A DNA stretch of 64,000 nt from Phallusia mammillata (lineage: Eukaryota): assembly GCA_965637545.1 (NCBI GenBank), contig OZ281494.1, positions 7,874,001-7,938,000 on the forward strand, in the 5' to 3' direction. The notes under the pieces were generated by a model. The model had not been told where the DNA came from. It saw only the letters and a list, made by a program, of their open reading frames with translations, and ran no database searches. Of this stretch, positions 12,997 to 26,162 are shown one piece after another. Within the stretch, counting starts at the first letter, position 1; each line of letters opens with the position of its first letter. A program made the position numbers and the translations under genes.

Positions 12997-13776
12997 CAGT
13001 GGTTCTCAAACTGTGCGTCGCGACGCCCTGGTGCGTCGTTTCAATTTTCCAAGGGCGTCGCAGAATATTTCCGTTTCGTGGCTGAACTCAGTTTATCTCA
13101 TAAAAATGAGGTTTCAGTGCGGTTGACGTATATCTACGTCCAAATACTTTTTGCGTAGAGTGCGGATTGACGTAAATTTACCTCAAAAGTTTTTGATCAA
13201 AAATGCGGCTGTCCGTTAATGTACGTCGAGACCAAACAGTACAAGCAGCAAGTGCGTGATAGGCGCGTGTATGGGGCGACGCTTGGCGGGCATTAAACTT
13301 GATTATGTGAACGGAGTCTCGCTTCTTAACAAAGACGACTTTTGTAGCAAAGGCTTGAGGTAGTTATAACGTATAATTGTTAGCAAAGTTTGAAGTAATT
13401 ATTGTACATGAGTTGCAGCAGTAAATTTTTGTGCATCAGTTTATATTGTGTGTAAGTTGAAACATTACTTTCATTGTAATTCGTTATTGATGCTGTTAAG
13501 GCCTTGCAGCAGACGAGACAATGCAATTGTGCGCAATAATTGAAACAATTAACAAAAGCCCGCACGTGATTGCCGGGTGCACTAAAAGTGTTGAGTGCAG
13601 TTTTATAACTTTGTCGAAAAACAATTAGGCTAAAATTGTTCTCCAAGTGCTGTTTAATAGATTTAAATTAACTGTTTGTTGATAAGTTTCCTCATTAACT
13701 TTTGTTTGATGGTGCGTCGCAAGTCCAGAAAACTTTTCCAGAGGCGTCGCAACAAAAAAAAGTTTGAGAACCACTG
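12997..13776. mobile_element. hAT (Charlie/Buster-type) MITE
   Basis: TIR CAGTGGTTCTCAAAC / GTTTGAGAACCACTG; perfect 8-bp TSD GATTATAC. Confidence 0.93.
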
Positions 13777-16295
13777 GATTATACAGTTATGCAAGTTTAT
13801 TTGCAAAGGGAAGCTCTATGAAAACTTAAACCAGGGTTCACCAACCTTTATAATGCCGAGAGTAAAATCATATTTAAAAAAAAAATATAAAGCATACACA
13901 AAACTGACAAGTATTTGCAAACAAATGCCAAAATTTTGTAAAAGTTAACGAAGATTTGTAGAAGTTTAGAACATTAGACAAAAATGCTGCATTACTTTCA
14001 ACAAAATCAACATAAGGCGCAGCATCTTTTTGCAAACCACAAAGGCATTTTGCTATTTTCGAACTAGTCGAACTTAAAAGTGGCCAACGGCCGACAGTTT
14101 GTTCGCGGGCATAGGATTGGTGACCCATGTGTTTAATCACAAATCTGCAGTAAAATCAAAAGGCGTTGTTAAGTGCTCGATGATAAGCTTGTAACTTATG
14201 TTTTAAGGTTACTATAAAATTGAATGCATAGCCATTTAGAACTAAAGACACACATCTGCATTATACGTTAACTTTGTTGAATGGTAAGAACTTTTTATTT
14301 CTACGCACATCTATATCACCCGTTTATATTTCCACCAAACTGTGGAACATTATAGAATTAACACAAAAAAGCACCCAAGCACATGACAAACCCAACCATT
14401 ACAACGTTTTACAAGTAAAGCGAATTTTAGCTTCGTTAACAGAGAAACAAAATTTCATCAGAGGAGCCCAAAGTGGAACAGAATGACTACATTAAGACAA
14501 AAACAAGGTACTATAGCACTTAGAACAGCAATTAACTGTCCACAACAATCAGCAATACAGGATTGTGACAGCAACCGCATAACAACCAACAGTAAAATAC
14601 GATTTTTGTATTTATATTTTTTGGGTTTTTGTGTAAAGAACAAACGCGGAGTGAAAAACGTATACTTTTTAATTTGTTTCCTTCGTCCAAGGTATAGGAC
14701 AGGCTTAGGTAGTATGAAACAAGGAGAAATGAACTTGAAGCAGTGAAGCGCTTTGTTCGTTAGCTCTCTGTTACATCTAGCGGCCAAAAAAACAAACAAA
14801 CAACATTAAACCTTTAATTGATTTTCAAACCGATTTAAACATGAACCAAAAAACAAAATTATTTTTTAATTACCTGTTTTTGTTTGTGGTGGAGCAAAGT
14901 AATTGAAACAATACAAAACCAGGTTCTCAATTAATCCGACTAGATTCCCCAGGGAAACCACCACAAATTTTTCGAGTTTCGAGAACCTTCTTGTACGTCG
15001 TAGATAAGAGAAAGGCGCACTCGTTTGGAGGTAAATCTCAGGTTTGCGTACTGGCAGTCTAGTTTTAGCCTTACTGAAGTAACAAAGCGAAACAGTTGAC
15101 TTGTATACTGCTGGAGTTTATTTGGATCATTTTGAAGTTTTATACGTGGTAATGTTAGTTCGTTTAAAGTAGATTTCTGTTATTGAAGACTGAGTAGGCT
15201 TGTTTTGTTTAAAGATTAGCAGTATTTTTGCGTATTGACGTTAAAAATCGATTTTATGTTATGGGTTGCTAATAAAATAATTTCAACCACTTTTGTTTGA
15301 AAACCTTTTGCTTGCACGAGAAAGCAAAATTCCTTGTTAAGGTTGAATGCAGACGGTGAAAAGAGTTGTACTGTTTACTTGGTACAATGGTTCTTAAAAG
15401 ATTTTGATCAGTTGCTCAAACGGTTGTTTAAATCCACTGTGTGAACCATGGTCGCGTGGATCAAAGCGTTTACAGTTATTTTCGACTGTATAGTCGTCAC
15501 AGGCCCTTTTTACCACTATTACTACAAATTGTTTTGGGTAAAAAAGGTAGAATCTCTACGAACAACTTTTTAAAAACGCCTTTGTGATCCATTCCACGCC
15601 CAATAGTGACAGAATCAACGAGAAAGTCTTTCAAGGTGTTGGAGAATAAATCAAAAGATGAAATGAATAAACAACTGTTTAAAAGTGTAGCTTCCACAGG
15701 AACAACTAACTCGAAAACTTGAAACAACACTAGACCCCTGCAGACTAAAAAGAAAAAAAGGGATACGAAAAACAACCTGAAAGCCGTGTTGTCCTTTACG
15801 CCACCGTCTCGTGAATCGAACAGAGATTCCTTGACAAACAAAAAGTATCGTTTAGTACTGTTGACGGTATTGAGTTTATGACACGTGGTATTACTTACCA
15901 GCACCATCATATAATACATCGAATTTATGATCGCGACTGAAGAAATCCGTTTATTTCAGACAAGTCAAGGTTTAGCGTTATTTCATGAAGCAGAAATCAG
16001 TTCCTGTTTCAGCTTGGCAAGTACACTGATACCAGCAAAGGTGCAGGTGCTGTTTAGTTGTAGCTACTTCGGACAAGTGGAGCCGAAGATGAGCAAATAT
16101 CTTTAAAGCACAAATACCTGTAGGCTAATTCTGCCAAAATAAATTAAATTTATCAGTTCACAGATTATCAGATTACCACAAACTTTCCACATATGTACGC
16201 TTGTATTGGTTGCCAATTTTTGTTCGTATTTTTAAAAGTCCTTGTATGCAGTCTTTTACAGGTTTTTTAGGATTTTTAAGTGATTTCGTTGAGAT

Positions 16296-19200
16296 ATGCT
16301 TTTTGCAAGATTGTTATTAGTCTTGCTTTTACTATCCTGCTTTGCACAGGTAAGAAAACAATTCTAAAGTTTTTTTATGAAACGTTTCGAAACTGCATTA
16401 TCTACATACACAAAAACAAGATTCTAATTCAGTAAACCACATTTGTATGTTTATCTAAATAAAACATAGTAATGCTCTGTACTGTGTTGTTTCACAACAT
16501 TTTTTTTCTAAACCGCCCAATATTGTAAAAACTTAACAACAGGGGCAGTTGGGACAGTTTGTTTACACTTGAATTAAATTGTATGTGGTCATTGAGTCGA
16601 CCATTTTTTTCTGTTCACATGATCGATAAAGATTGAACAGTTGGTTAATTCGATGTTCTTATTACTTTAGGGTACGTTGGGGGTCAATAAAGATGTGAAA
16701 AATGCAGCCATAACCGACCCTTGTCCCCATCTTCTCACCAGTGGGGTGCGGCCATTATTGGAATTTTTTGACAAAACAGGACAATCTATGAAATGTTGTG
16801 GATGTCCCAAGGATCATTTTGTTCTAAAGCCATGCAGGTAGGTTTGCTACCAACATTGGAACATTTTTCTAATGAAATAATCAAAACAGTTAGTGTGAAG
16901 TGACAAAACGGATTTAATGTCATTTTCGTAATCCTACTACCGTACCAGCTAGTCTTAATTTGACATAGCATACACTAGAGTTCACGTTTGTTATTCCTAA
17001 GGATGATAAATAAAAACCATGCTGTTTTCAGTGACGGATTCATTTCTGAATGCCGGTCATGTCCTCCTGGAACGGAGTTGAATAAAACTGTACATGGCAG
17101 TGGACTAGAAGGATGTACACAAATCCCAACAACAGTGCCACCGGAAGAAATTTCCGATGATCAAAGGTAAGTTTCGCAATCGTCGAAGTAGCGCACAACC
17201 TTTTTGTTATTGTCCATGTTCACTGAGTTCAAACAAAAGGTCTACTGGCATGTATGTTGAGCCCCTGGCAGCATGTAATAACTCCGGTACCTTGTTGAAA
17301 CAAACGGCCTTCATAAACCGTTTTGCCCGCCGATAATGAAACATAATCAAACAAACGTTTTACCTTCTATCACCAACATGACAACGTAGCTTATCGAAAT
17401 AGTTGCATTCACTATTGCACCTGACAATAACAGTTATAAGTAACAAATAAGTAACAAACATCGCATCTATATGATACAGAAACAATGATCTAGAAAAAGA
17501 TGATGACAGAACTCAACCACCACAAACAGGTCAGGTCGATTCCAAACCTCCAGGTAAGTTATTTGTTTTTGTTAACCATAACCATATATCACCTATTTCA
17601 TCATGGCTAAAACTTATCCGTTTTTACAGAGAAAGACAAAATCACTAAAGAAAGTTTCACACACCCCGGATATTACTTTTTGGCTGGAGTCTTGCTAAGC
17701 AGTGTTGCTCTTGTTGCTGTTATTTACAAGCGAAATGTCCGGTCAGGTCCCATACAGGTAGTGCATGGCGATACAACTCAAAATGTTTATAGAATAAGCA
17801 CTAAATCTGCTGTATTACAGAAAGATGAAACTGAGATTTGGTCACCAAACCAAACACGCTTAATGTAAGTTAAAAAACAAACAAACACTTGTGTGCGACG
17901 GAGTTGCGACTTACTTAGCTATAAGTCCTTATAAACCGTTGGTTTTTCTCTCGTTTTATGTTAAAATCTGTTAAACCTGCGACTACGTGAGCTAAATTTA
18001 ACTGACGTGCTTTCCAAAACTAATCTCTACGCTGTGTTTAATATAATTTACACGCAAAGGAACTGGAGAGAAGACAACACTGTCAGCGTTGGATCTGAAG
18101 CGGACGGTCAAAATTTCGAACTACAGCTCGAAGACGAAACAACCCCAGCTTTGGGGTAAGTAATCGTCACGCGATACATAATAGGTCATGTAGAACGACG
18201 ACAGTTTTTTATGAAAATAAAACTCTGCACAACTCCGTCTAGTTTCGTGGTGAGCCAGACACCCATAAAAGTTAAAAGAAAAACAAAAGCTCGGGTGTTA
18301 AACCAAATGGTGTGGTTAAAGTTGCGATGTTCTTTTAGCCCAGACCAACCGTTTTCCCCCTATTTTTCATATATCATATTTTTTTCATATAGGGAAATAC
18401 ACGAGCTTAACTTAACTTCCGTGCTTTTCAAAACCGACTTATTTACAATCATATTAACTACGTTCAATTCATTTGCAGAGCAAGGAGCTCGAGAGAAGGC
18501 GTTAATGGTAGCGTTGGGTTCGAAGCGGACGCTATAAATTCAGATGAGGCGGTCCTAGATATGAGGTATAAAGCGTAGTAAACGCCATGCGATACTTACT
18601 ACGTCATGCCTTTCCATATACCATAGTTTTGACTTTAAAGCACGTTTAAAACAGTTTCAACATAGGCACAAACTTGCATAACCATTCACTTACTATCCAG
18701 TAAAAGTGGTCTAACACTACAACAGTAATGAAACCGTGCAAATTTTTAAATATTAATCCTAATTATACAATGTTAAATTTTATTTTCAAATATAAAACAG
18801 CGAAGACGAGGAACCTGAAGCAACCAAAGAGAAACTTCACACAAAAAATGTGAAGAATGATGATGAAGATGCAACCGTTCTATCTACAACACACGAAGAG
18901 CCGGAAAACCCTAAAGATAAAGCTACTCCCGATGGGGACCCATCGGCTGTTATCCGCGAACCACCAGTAAGACCATCAGTGAGCAATTCCGATGATCTGG
19001 CTGAAGACGGGCCTACGGTTGAAGGACAGGTGCCACAGCCGATACAACAAAGGGGTGTTGCATCTGCTAGTAACATGGTAGGAAGTGCAAGCCGGATTGA
19101 GCATGGTGGTGGTGGTGCTAATACCGGCCCACCCATTCAAAACATGACTCGAAACGCAAGAGGAGTGGAAATTGAAAGACGTAAGTTTAATTTTTTGCCT

Positions 19201-19978
19201 ATTGTTTCCACTGAAAAGAAACCAATTTAATGATGGAGTAAAAGAATAAATTATTTTGTCTGCTGCAAATTATCTTCTAAAAATGGACAGTTTTTACGTA
19301 CAATCAAAACAACACAGCGATAACCAAAATTTTTGTCACTCCAAAAAAAAAATGGAAGTGTACAAACGTTTCAATACGAAAAAACAGATTCCAAATTTTG
19401 GGAGCTGCTAACACTGATAACTGCATATAGTTATTTGTAGCAAATGATATTTTATATGCTCGAACTATAATGTTCAGAAACAGCAACAAAGAAAACTTGT
19501 CAACGGCTTTTATATTATTGGCACCATAAATTTAAAAACTTGTGCCTAACAGGTAACTGTTTGACAGAAACATATTTCATGAACCATATGTTTTTAGTTA
19601 TGCAACTCGAGGACCTCGTGATACATTCAAAAACGACTCCGGTATCCCAAAATGACTCGGTTAAGGTCCTAAGTCATTTTCAAGTGCCAGAAAACATCAA
19701 GAAGACGTTGGCAAATGAGTACAAAAATGGTACGTGGTTTGTCCGTAGATCGATTTTTTTACTTACTTGAATGAAGGTTGAAAATGAATGTCGAAGACTG
19801 ACAGCAGATCTTTCATACAGACAACGATCCCTTGACGTACCTCTACAAGGCTCTAAAAGAAATTCGCAAAAACTCGTCCGACATTACAGTCGAAATACTC
19901 ATCTCATACTGGATGAAGAACGGAATGAGAGAGATGGCCACATATGTGGCTGGCGAGATGGGTATCACTGCCATTTAA
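16296..19978 (+). CDS. g3: TNFR-like death-domain receptor (~484 aa, 11 exons)
   Basis: Exons 16296-16349, 16671-16837, 17032-17166, 17480-17553, 17630-17757, 17821-17864, 18060-18155, 18479-18565, 18801-19180, 19598-19729 (132 nt), 19821-19978; 1455 nt in frame. Signal MLFARLLLVLLLLSCFAQ; CRD DPCPHL..KCCGCPKDHFVLKPC|..ECRSCPPGT..H..C; DD-like ..ITVEILISYWMKNGMREMATYVAGEMG. Confidence 0.88.
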
Positions 19979-22900
19979 ACGTCGGGGGTCGGGTCAACTC
20001 CTCCGGGTGTTGACTTTGGCAAGGCTTGTGCTTTTTTAAATGTAAGCAAAACACTAGGGTTTAAACCGGTTTCTTTCAAACTCAGCGAATCCGGCCGAAT
20101 TTTGGTAGCACTTCGAATTTCAACTTTAATACACCACATTTCGGCATTTTAAAATTTTTCGATTAAAAACTTCGGTTCGAAAATCGCTGAGTTTTTGCTG
20201 AATCTGTTTAAACGGAGGGTTCAATAGGTTTCAGGCGTGTAATTTACGTTTCAAAACCGTTTTACGTTAAACTCATTATTTGGTAGTTGGTGTAACTAAA
20301 TTTCTTGTCTGAAATCCATTGAACCTGTTCACAAGTTGAGTTGAAGCACAAATACGGAAAGTAGAACTAGTCACACTTGATTACCCTTGCGTAAACTTTG
20401 CAAAGCAAACACGAAGAAAAAAGCAAGTGTGTATTTGCAATGTGGAGACTATGTATACTTTAAACTGTTTGTGCTTCAACTGTGCTAATGCAAAATCTAC
20501 ATGTATAACATCCACAATCACAGCCGGGTAAATCGCCTAAAATAGTTCTTTAACACGGCTAAATATGTACGGTTTAGTAGTTTATCTTTTTGGAAAGTTG
20601 TGTTGCCTTTTATGCATGTGGATTTTGGCATTTATACAAGCACAAGCGAAAGCCTGTTTGTTATTGTTGTTGTTTTTTTGCAATGTAAATGTTAAACTGT
20701 TCTTAAAACAATCATGCTAAAAAGAACATGCTAAACACGGAATTTCGCAAAACTAACACGAATTTTAAACTGGAATAAAAATATTTTTAATTTTAAACTG
20801 AAATGCTTAGCGCTCCAACGCAAAATCGTAATGTAATGCCCGAAATGGCGATCTTTATTTTGTTCTTGTTCTAGTTTTTTTTTATCAGGGTGCACTGACA
20901 CCTCCCAGAGCATGGGGTCAGAGAATAATGACCCATTGAAAGGGCCCTTTGTGGCCAGTGTGCCTGGCGGCAAACCTATATACTTACAATGAATTATCAT
21001 GAAACTACTTACTTACTTAGCCCTCAGTGCTACTGCTTACATAAGTTGAAACCAAGAGGCTTGTTGCCCTTGGTTGTGGCGGCGGAGGTGAAAAGCCGCG
21101 ATACTTTTTCACAAGATGTTTTACTTTGCTGTTATACGACATAAAAGAGTCACCTAGTGTAGACGCCGTATAAGATATCAGCAAAAAGATGGAATTATAC
21201 AATAAGAAGTGATAACATCTTGATTGCTACGCGAATATGCGCATTCTCCCGTTTTGTAAATATGTACATTTGCATTGTGTGTTATGCCTATATATCAGTA
21301 ATCAACGTAGCTTCGACTTGCCTTAATACTATAAGCATGGCTATTGTGCAAAATTAAATGCGTTTTCTCATGTTTGCGTAACGCAGGTTGTGATCGACTG
21401 TATGGTGTAAAAAGCGCTTTACCAGTTATTGTTGTGACTTGTGATTAAACTTAATCAATAGGTTAGAACGTAGACTTATGCATGCCCCTCTAAAAAAAAT
21501 TGACCACGTTGTATTTTTGGATGGTTGTGTTGCTTCATTTAATTTTTTATGTGGTGCCTAAACGTTTCAAATCAGTAAGTTGCATTTAATTTCATTGTTG
21601 CTTTCACAATCAGCTGTTTGCGCGTGTACGTATTTGTGAAATAAATTGATACGTGGTCATAAGTGGTATTTTTAGTTTCTTCCAATGAAAAGGTGTTTAA
21701 ACCCAAAAGCATTTCAAAACAAAGTCATAGTTCCTCTCTAGTATTGCTATAGCCAGGCATTGCGCAACTTTCGAACAGTCTGGTGAAAGCCACCTCCGAA
21801 AGCATCATACACAGGTCTGCCGTCAGGCTTGAACTAGACTGTACATAACCTAAATAGAAACAACACATTGAAGGAAATACACAATGGGAGTCATTCGAAT
21901 TTTAACAACCAGTTTTTAAGCATAGCGTGACCACAATTATGAGATAATCAGAATGCAGTCAAATCAAAAGAAACAACAACAGTTCCCAGCATTTGCCATA
22001 AACCACAACTTGTTGAAAAAACAAGTGTGTGCTTTTATAAAAGATAAAAGTATTTCAAGGTAAACCTATGTATGTATATGTACATGGCCATGTAGCCAGA
22101 TAGGTTTCAGTAATCAGAAAACGATAAGTAATAGTTATAGATGCACGAAAAGAGGAACTACTGCTACATAACAAAGGGGCTCAGGGAATGACTAAACATT
22201 TTTCTGTTACGGTCTGTTTGCGTTGCAACATTATATGGAGTTAAAGAGACTGTAACCTTTTAAACAAAAAGCTTTGAATAACCAAATTTATTTAATCATT
22301 GTTGCAATAACATATTACCTTATAGTCTATTGTTGTTCGGGAACGAAATCAACTCATGTGTCGATTTTGTACCTATTACAAACAAGCTTATGTTTGTTCA
22401 TGTCGCTTTTACGGGACTTGTAAGTCTTTGCCGTCGGCAAGTCCTGGCAATGCCCACAGAAGAATTACAAGGGTGAAACCTTCTCTGCCACAGTGAAACA
22501 GTTTATTGAATTTGATACATACATTTTGTAGGGGGCACAGGTCTTACGCGGGTTACTTATAGGGGTCAGGAGACCCGAAAGTTACTTTTAGGCACTGTGC
22601 ATGAAAGGTTAAGAACCACCGTTGTAAATTGACCGATAAATACTGTCACGCGATATCAGTACTTTGATTTTTTTGAATACAAAACAAACAAACTGTATTG
22701 ATGTCCAAACAGTTTTAAGTGGATTGTAAGATTTCATAGTTTTTTTAAGAATTTAGGTGAGCTACAACAGACACCATTGACAAACATTTGTAAATGCCGT
22801 TAGGTAGCGTAAAGAGCACAGGTTTTTAGTTAGCAGTGAAATAGAGATATAGGGTTAAGAAGTAAGGTTTAAGAAACTTTAAGGTTATAAACTAAGTTGT

Positions 22901-25487
22901 AAAGTTTTTTTGGCAGTATTTTTATTGCCTTATACTAACTCCAATAACTTTAATTTTACAGAACTTTTCTTTCAGATACGCAACGGTGGCTTTCACGCCA
23001 CCTACCGTGATTTACAAATTTTGTCACATGACAAGTCGAAGCGTTCTGGCGGACGTCATAAGAAAAAAAGGGTTGAATTACCTTGTGGAATCGTTCGTAT
23101 GTCAGTTTGCAGTCAGACTCAGCCTGCGTTGAAGTTACAAAACAGATTATTTAGAGGTGCATTACAACGTTAAACGTTTTTGTACTGTTTGCAAAAAAAG
23201 ATAGCCTGGGTCGTTTTTCATACTGCATATCACTGCAGACTAGGATTTAAATCAATATTAATTTTTGAACGTGTGCCATCCGTAGATTGTACTTCTGTAT
23301 GTTGGTCTGACAAGTCTAACCCATTATCAGCTGTTTTTAATATGCGGGGTAGGTGGCTGTTTAAAATACAGTTTATATATAATTAGTACCCAGGCGTAAC
23401 GTTCAGACCCCAACAAAATAGAAAAAGGAGGACGTGGGTATAGGAGAAATGTACCTCAAAGTCGACGTTGTGTTGATTTTACGTCTCATGATCAGTACAA
23501 GTCACTATGGAAACAAAAGGGGGCTTTCCGCATTGAGATTACATACAGCTCCGTTTTTGTAAGTGATTGTAAGTGCAAGTAGATGTTGGAAATGCGAAAC
23601 ATCATGGTCTTAGTGTAGCAGTATTTAATGAAACAGAAATAAAACAAAATTCAGCGACGTTGCTGAATCGTGTAATATGCACTAGGTAGGCCTATAACCA
23701 AGTGTGACTAAACGACGGCAATGCCTTAAAATGTACAAACTGCAGATAACATTTTCGTTTATACTAAACGGATAACGTTCTTTTAATTATCGTGGCAAAA
23801 ATGCCATTCTACTTCACACGTATTGTAGTTTGCGATTGTTAAATTGCGCCAAGTAAGCTATGAAAAAGTATTTTGACCTGTGCAAAAACCAGTTGGTGAG
23901 TTGCCTAATGGAAACAATGTGTTTCTATGAGGTAAATGGTAACGAAGGATTTTATGTACCCATGTTGGAATAAGACCGATACAAATTGTCACGGGCGCAA
24001 CAACGTAACTAATAGGCTAAGTATAAAGATGTACCAATCGTCCTGATCCACGAATGCTTAACAGACGATTTCAGTTACATATATTGACATTATAATATAT
24101 AGCCTACTTGGGTGACAAATTCAGCACACTCAAATCAGTCTGTGCATTTCCTATAACAAACCTAAGTAATGAAGGGTTTAGTTTAGAACGTATCTGCTGT
24201 GAATTTAATTTTATTCGAAATATGCACCTCTTAGAAGTCTTAGAAGACAAGAAGAAATTACATTTGAACTGTTTTAGTAAGATGAAGAGATACCAGCACC
24301 ATTCACAACCTTTGTAAATGTAAATACTGACAGGTAACGTAAAAGGCACGGACATTTCATTACGAGGTACAGAGATCCAGAACTGAGATTTGAAACTAAG
24401 GTTTACACTTAGGTTAATATTGTTTTTATTGCAAAACCAACCTTAACACAAACAAATTCAGCATTTCTACAGAATTTTCCTTTTAAATCCGGAACAGTGG
24501 TTTTTAGGCACCTATTGGGGTTTACAAAGTGTTGTTTGATATGTTTTATGGTGTTGGTAGAAGTTAACAGGCCAAAGTTGAGAACGTTCCCGCAGCTGTC
24601 ATGGAAGAAGAAAGAAAAAGGGTTGAATGACCTTACACAAAGTCGGTTTGTTAGTTCAGAGTCAGGCTCGGCTGCGCTGAGGTAACAAAACGGATCTGTT
24701 AGACTTGGTTATTATGACGCATTTCAGACCTTGTGTAGTCGTGGTAATACTGTTGGTTATGGGTTGTACATTTGTTGTTTTTTCAAGTTTAAGATTGTAT
24801 TGACGTTACGTCATAAACGTCTCGTGATTTGTAAAAAAGTCCCCCCCGTAACAAAAGACGGTTTTTGTTGACTTTGGTATGTGGTTACCTTTAAAAACAG
24901 TGTCTCAAAAGCTTGTGTAAGTGCATAATGGTACAAAGAAGCCGAAGTTAAACCTTTTGTTAGTAATGTCAGACATAGAAGTCTTGTTTTTCGCGGTCTT
25001 TAATAAAACTAAAATAAAATCTTGTTTTAGCTTGATGTATGGTGCTACCAGCAAAGTGATTATACTGTTCATTTGTAGCATATTATGTACACATGAGAGA
25101 TTTTTTTTAGGGAGTGCTTTTCAACCGAGTAGATCGTACACCCGAGGGTGTACTATAATTTTAAAGGGTGTACCACTTTGTTGAGGGTGTACAAGATACA
25201 ATAATACAAAGTACCCGTGACCAGATATTTAAGACCACACGTACTAGAGTGTATATAATCATGTAAGCTCAAGCGTACGTAGCTTGTGTTAGTTACTGTA
25301 TTCTTTTGTACGTATAGTATTGTAATTTGTAAATTACTGTATTTGTGACATAATAATTTAGCATTTCTTCAGATAATCCTGGGTTAGGTTTTTTGCAGTA
25401 CAAAGTGAATTTTAGATTACAGTTTTCACTGAGTTGTTTGCACTAAACTAAATGACAATGGATTTACATTGTGCTCAGTCTTATACC

Positions 25488-25871
25488 CAGGGTTGCCACA
25501 CAGTCCTTATTTCTAAGATTTGTCTTTATTTTGAAGGGTCATGTCTTAGAAAAATGTATTGGCCTTATTTCTAAGAAATGTCCTTGTTTTTGACTTGAAT
25601 CCTTATTTTGTCTTGTTTTTAACAATTACAAGTAATATCCCTGCTACAAGAAATAGCAAACTTAGACATGAGCTGTCGTAAGATGCATGAAAGGTTTCCT
25701 ACGTACAAGGAGTTGCTAGAACATATTATTTCTGCCAAAAAATATAGCATATGATATATTATGGCTTGTATAAGTGCAAAGATTAGTTCTGAAACGGTTG
25801 TTTTGATCCGTAGGAAAATTTAGGTTGTTTCGGTTGTCCTCATTTTTGGGTCATGGTCGATGGCAACCCTG
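25488..25871. mobile_element. hAT-type MITE (partial related copy at ~52030-52240)
   Basis: TIR CAGGGTTGCCA / TGGCAACCCTG; degenerate TSD CTTATACC / CTTATTAC; its right half aligns by eye with 52030-52240. Confidence 0.75.
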
Positions 25872-26162
25872 CTTATTACTGATAGGACCACAGATTCAGT
25901 GTATTACATGGGTGAATAAATTTTCGTCTGGGGTGTAGAAATTTTGAGTAAACGTTAAAAGGGTGTACCGTTTTAAGAAAGGTTAACAAGCACTGTTTTA
26001 TGGTGTAAATAAAACTTAATAAACTTATGGCCTTGATTGATTTGTTTGTGGGCCGATATTTCAGCATATATGTGGTGGTATATTGCATTTATGAATAAAA
26101 CTTGCTGTTTGAAGTTCCAGCACTAGTTTGTTTTATATATTATTAACTGACTTTGGGGAACA

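Noticed and set aside
15497-15919. 140-aa minus ORF
   Set aside because: Leu/Phe/Val bias mirrors an A-rich plus strand; no domain recognised and splicing attempts hit stops.
25035-25095. Signal-peptide-like MYGATSKVIILFICSILCTH after an acceptor, as a g4 start
   Set aside because: No GT donor in phase 0; 26163-26234 has a proper GAG|GTGAG donor and a 96-nt intron. It may be a relic but cannot be supported.
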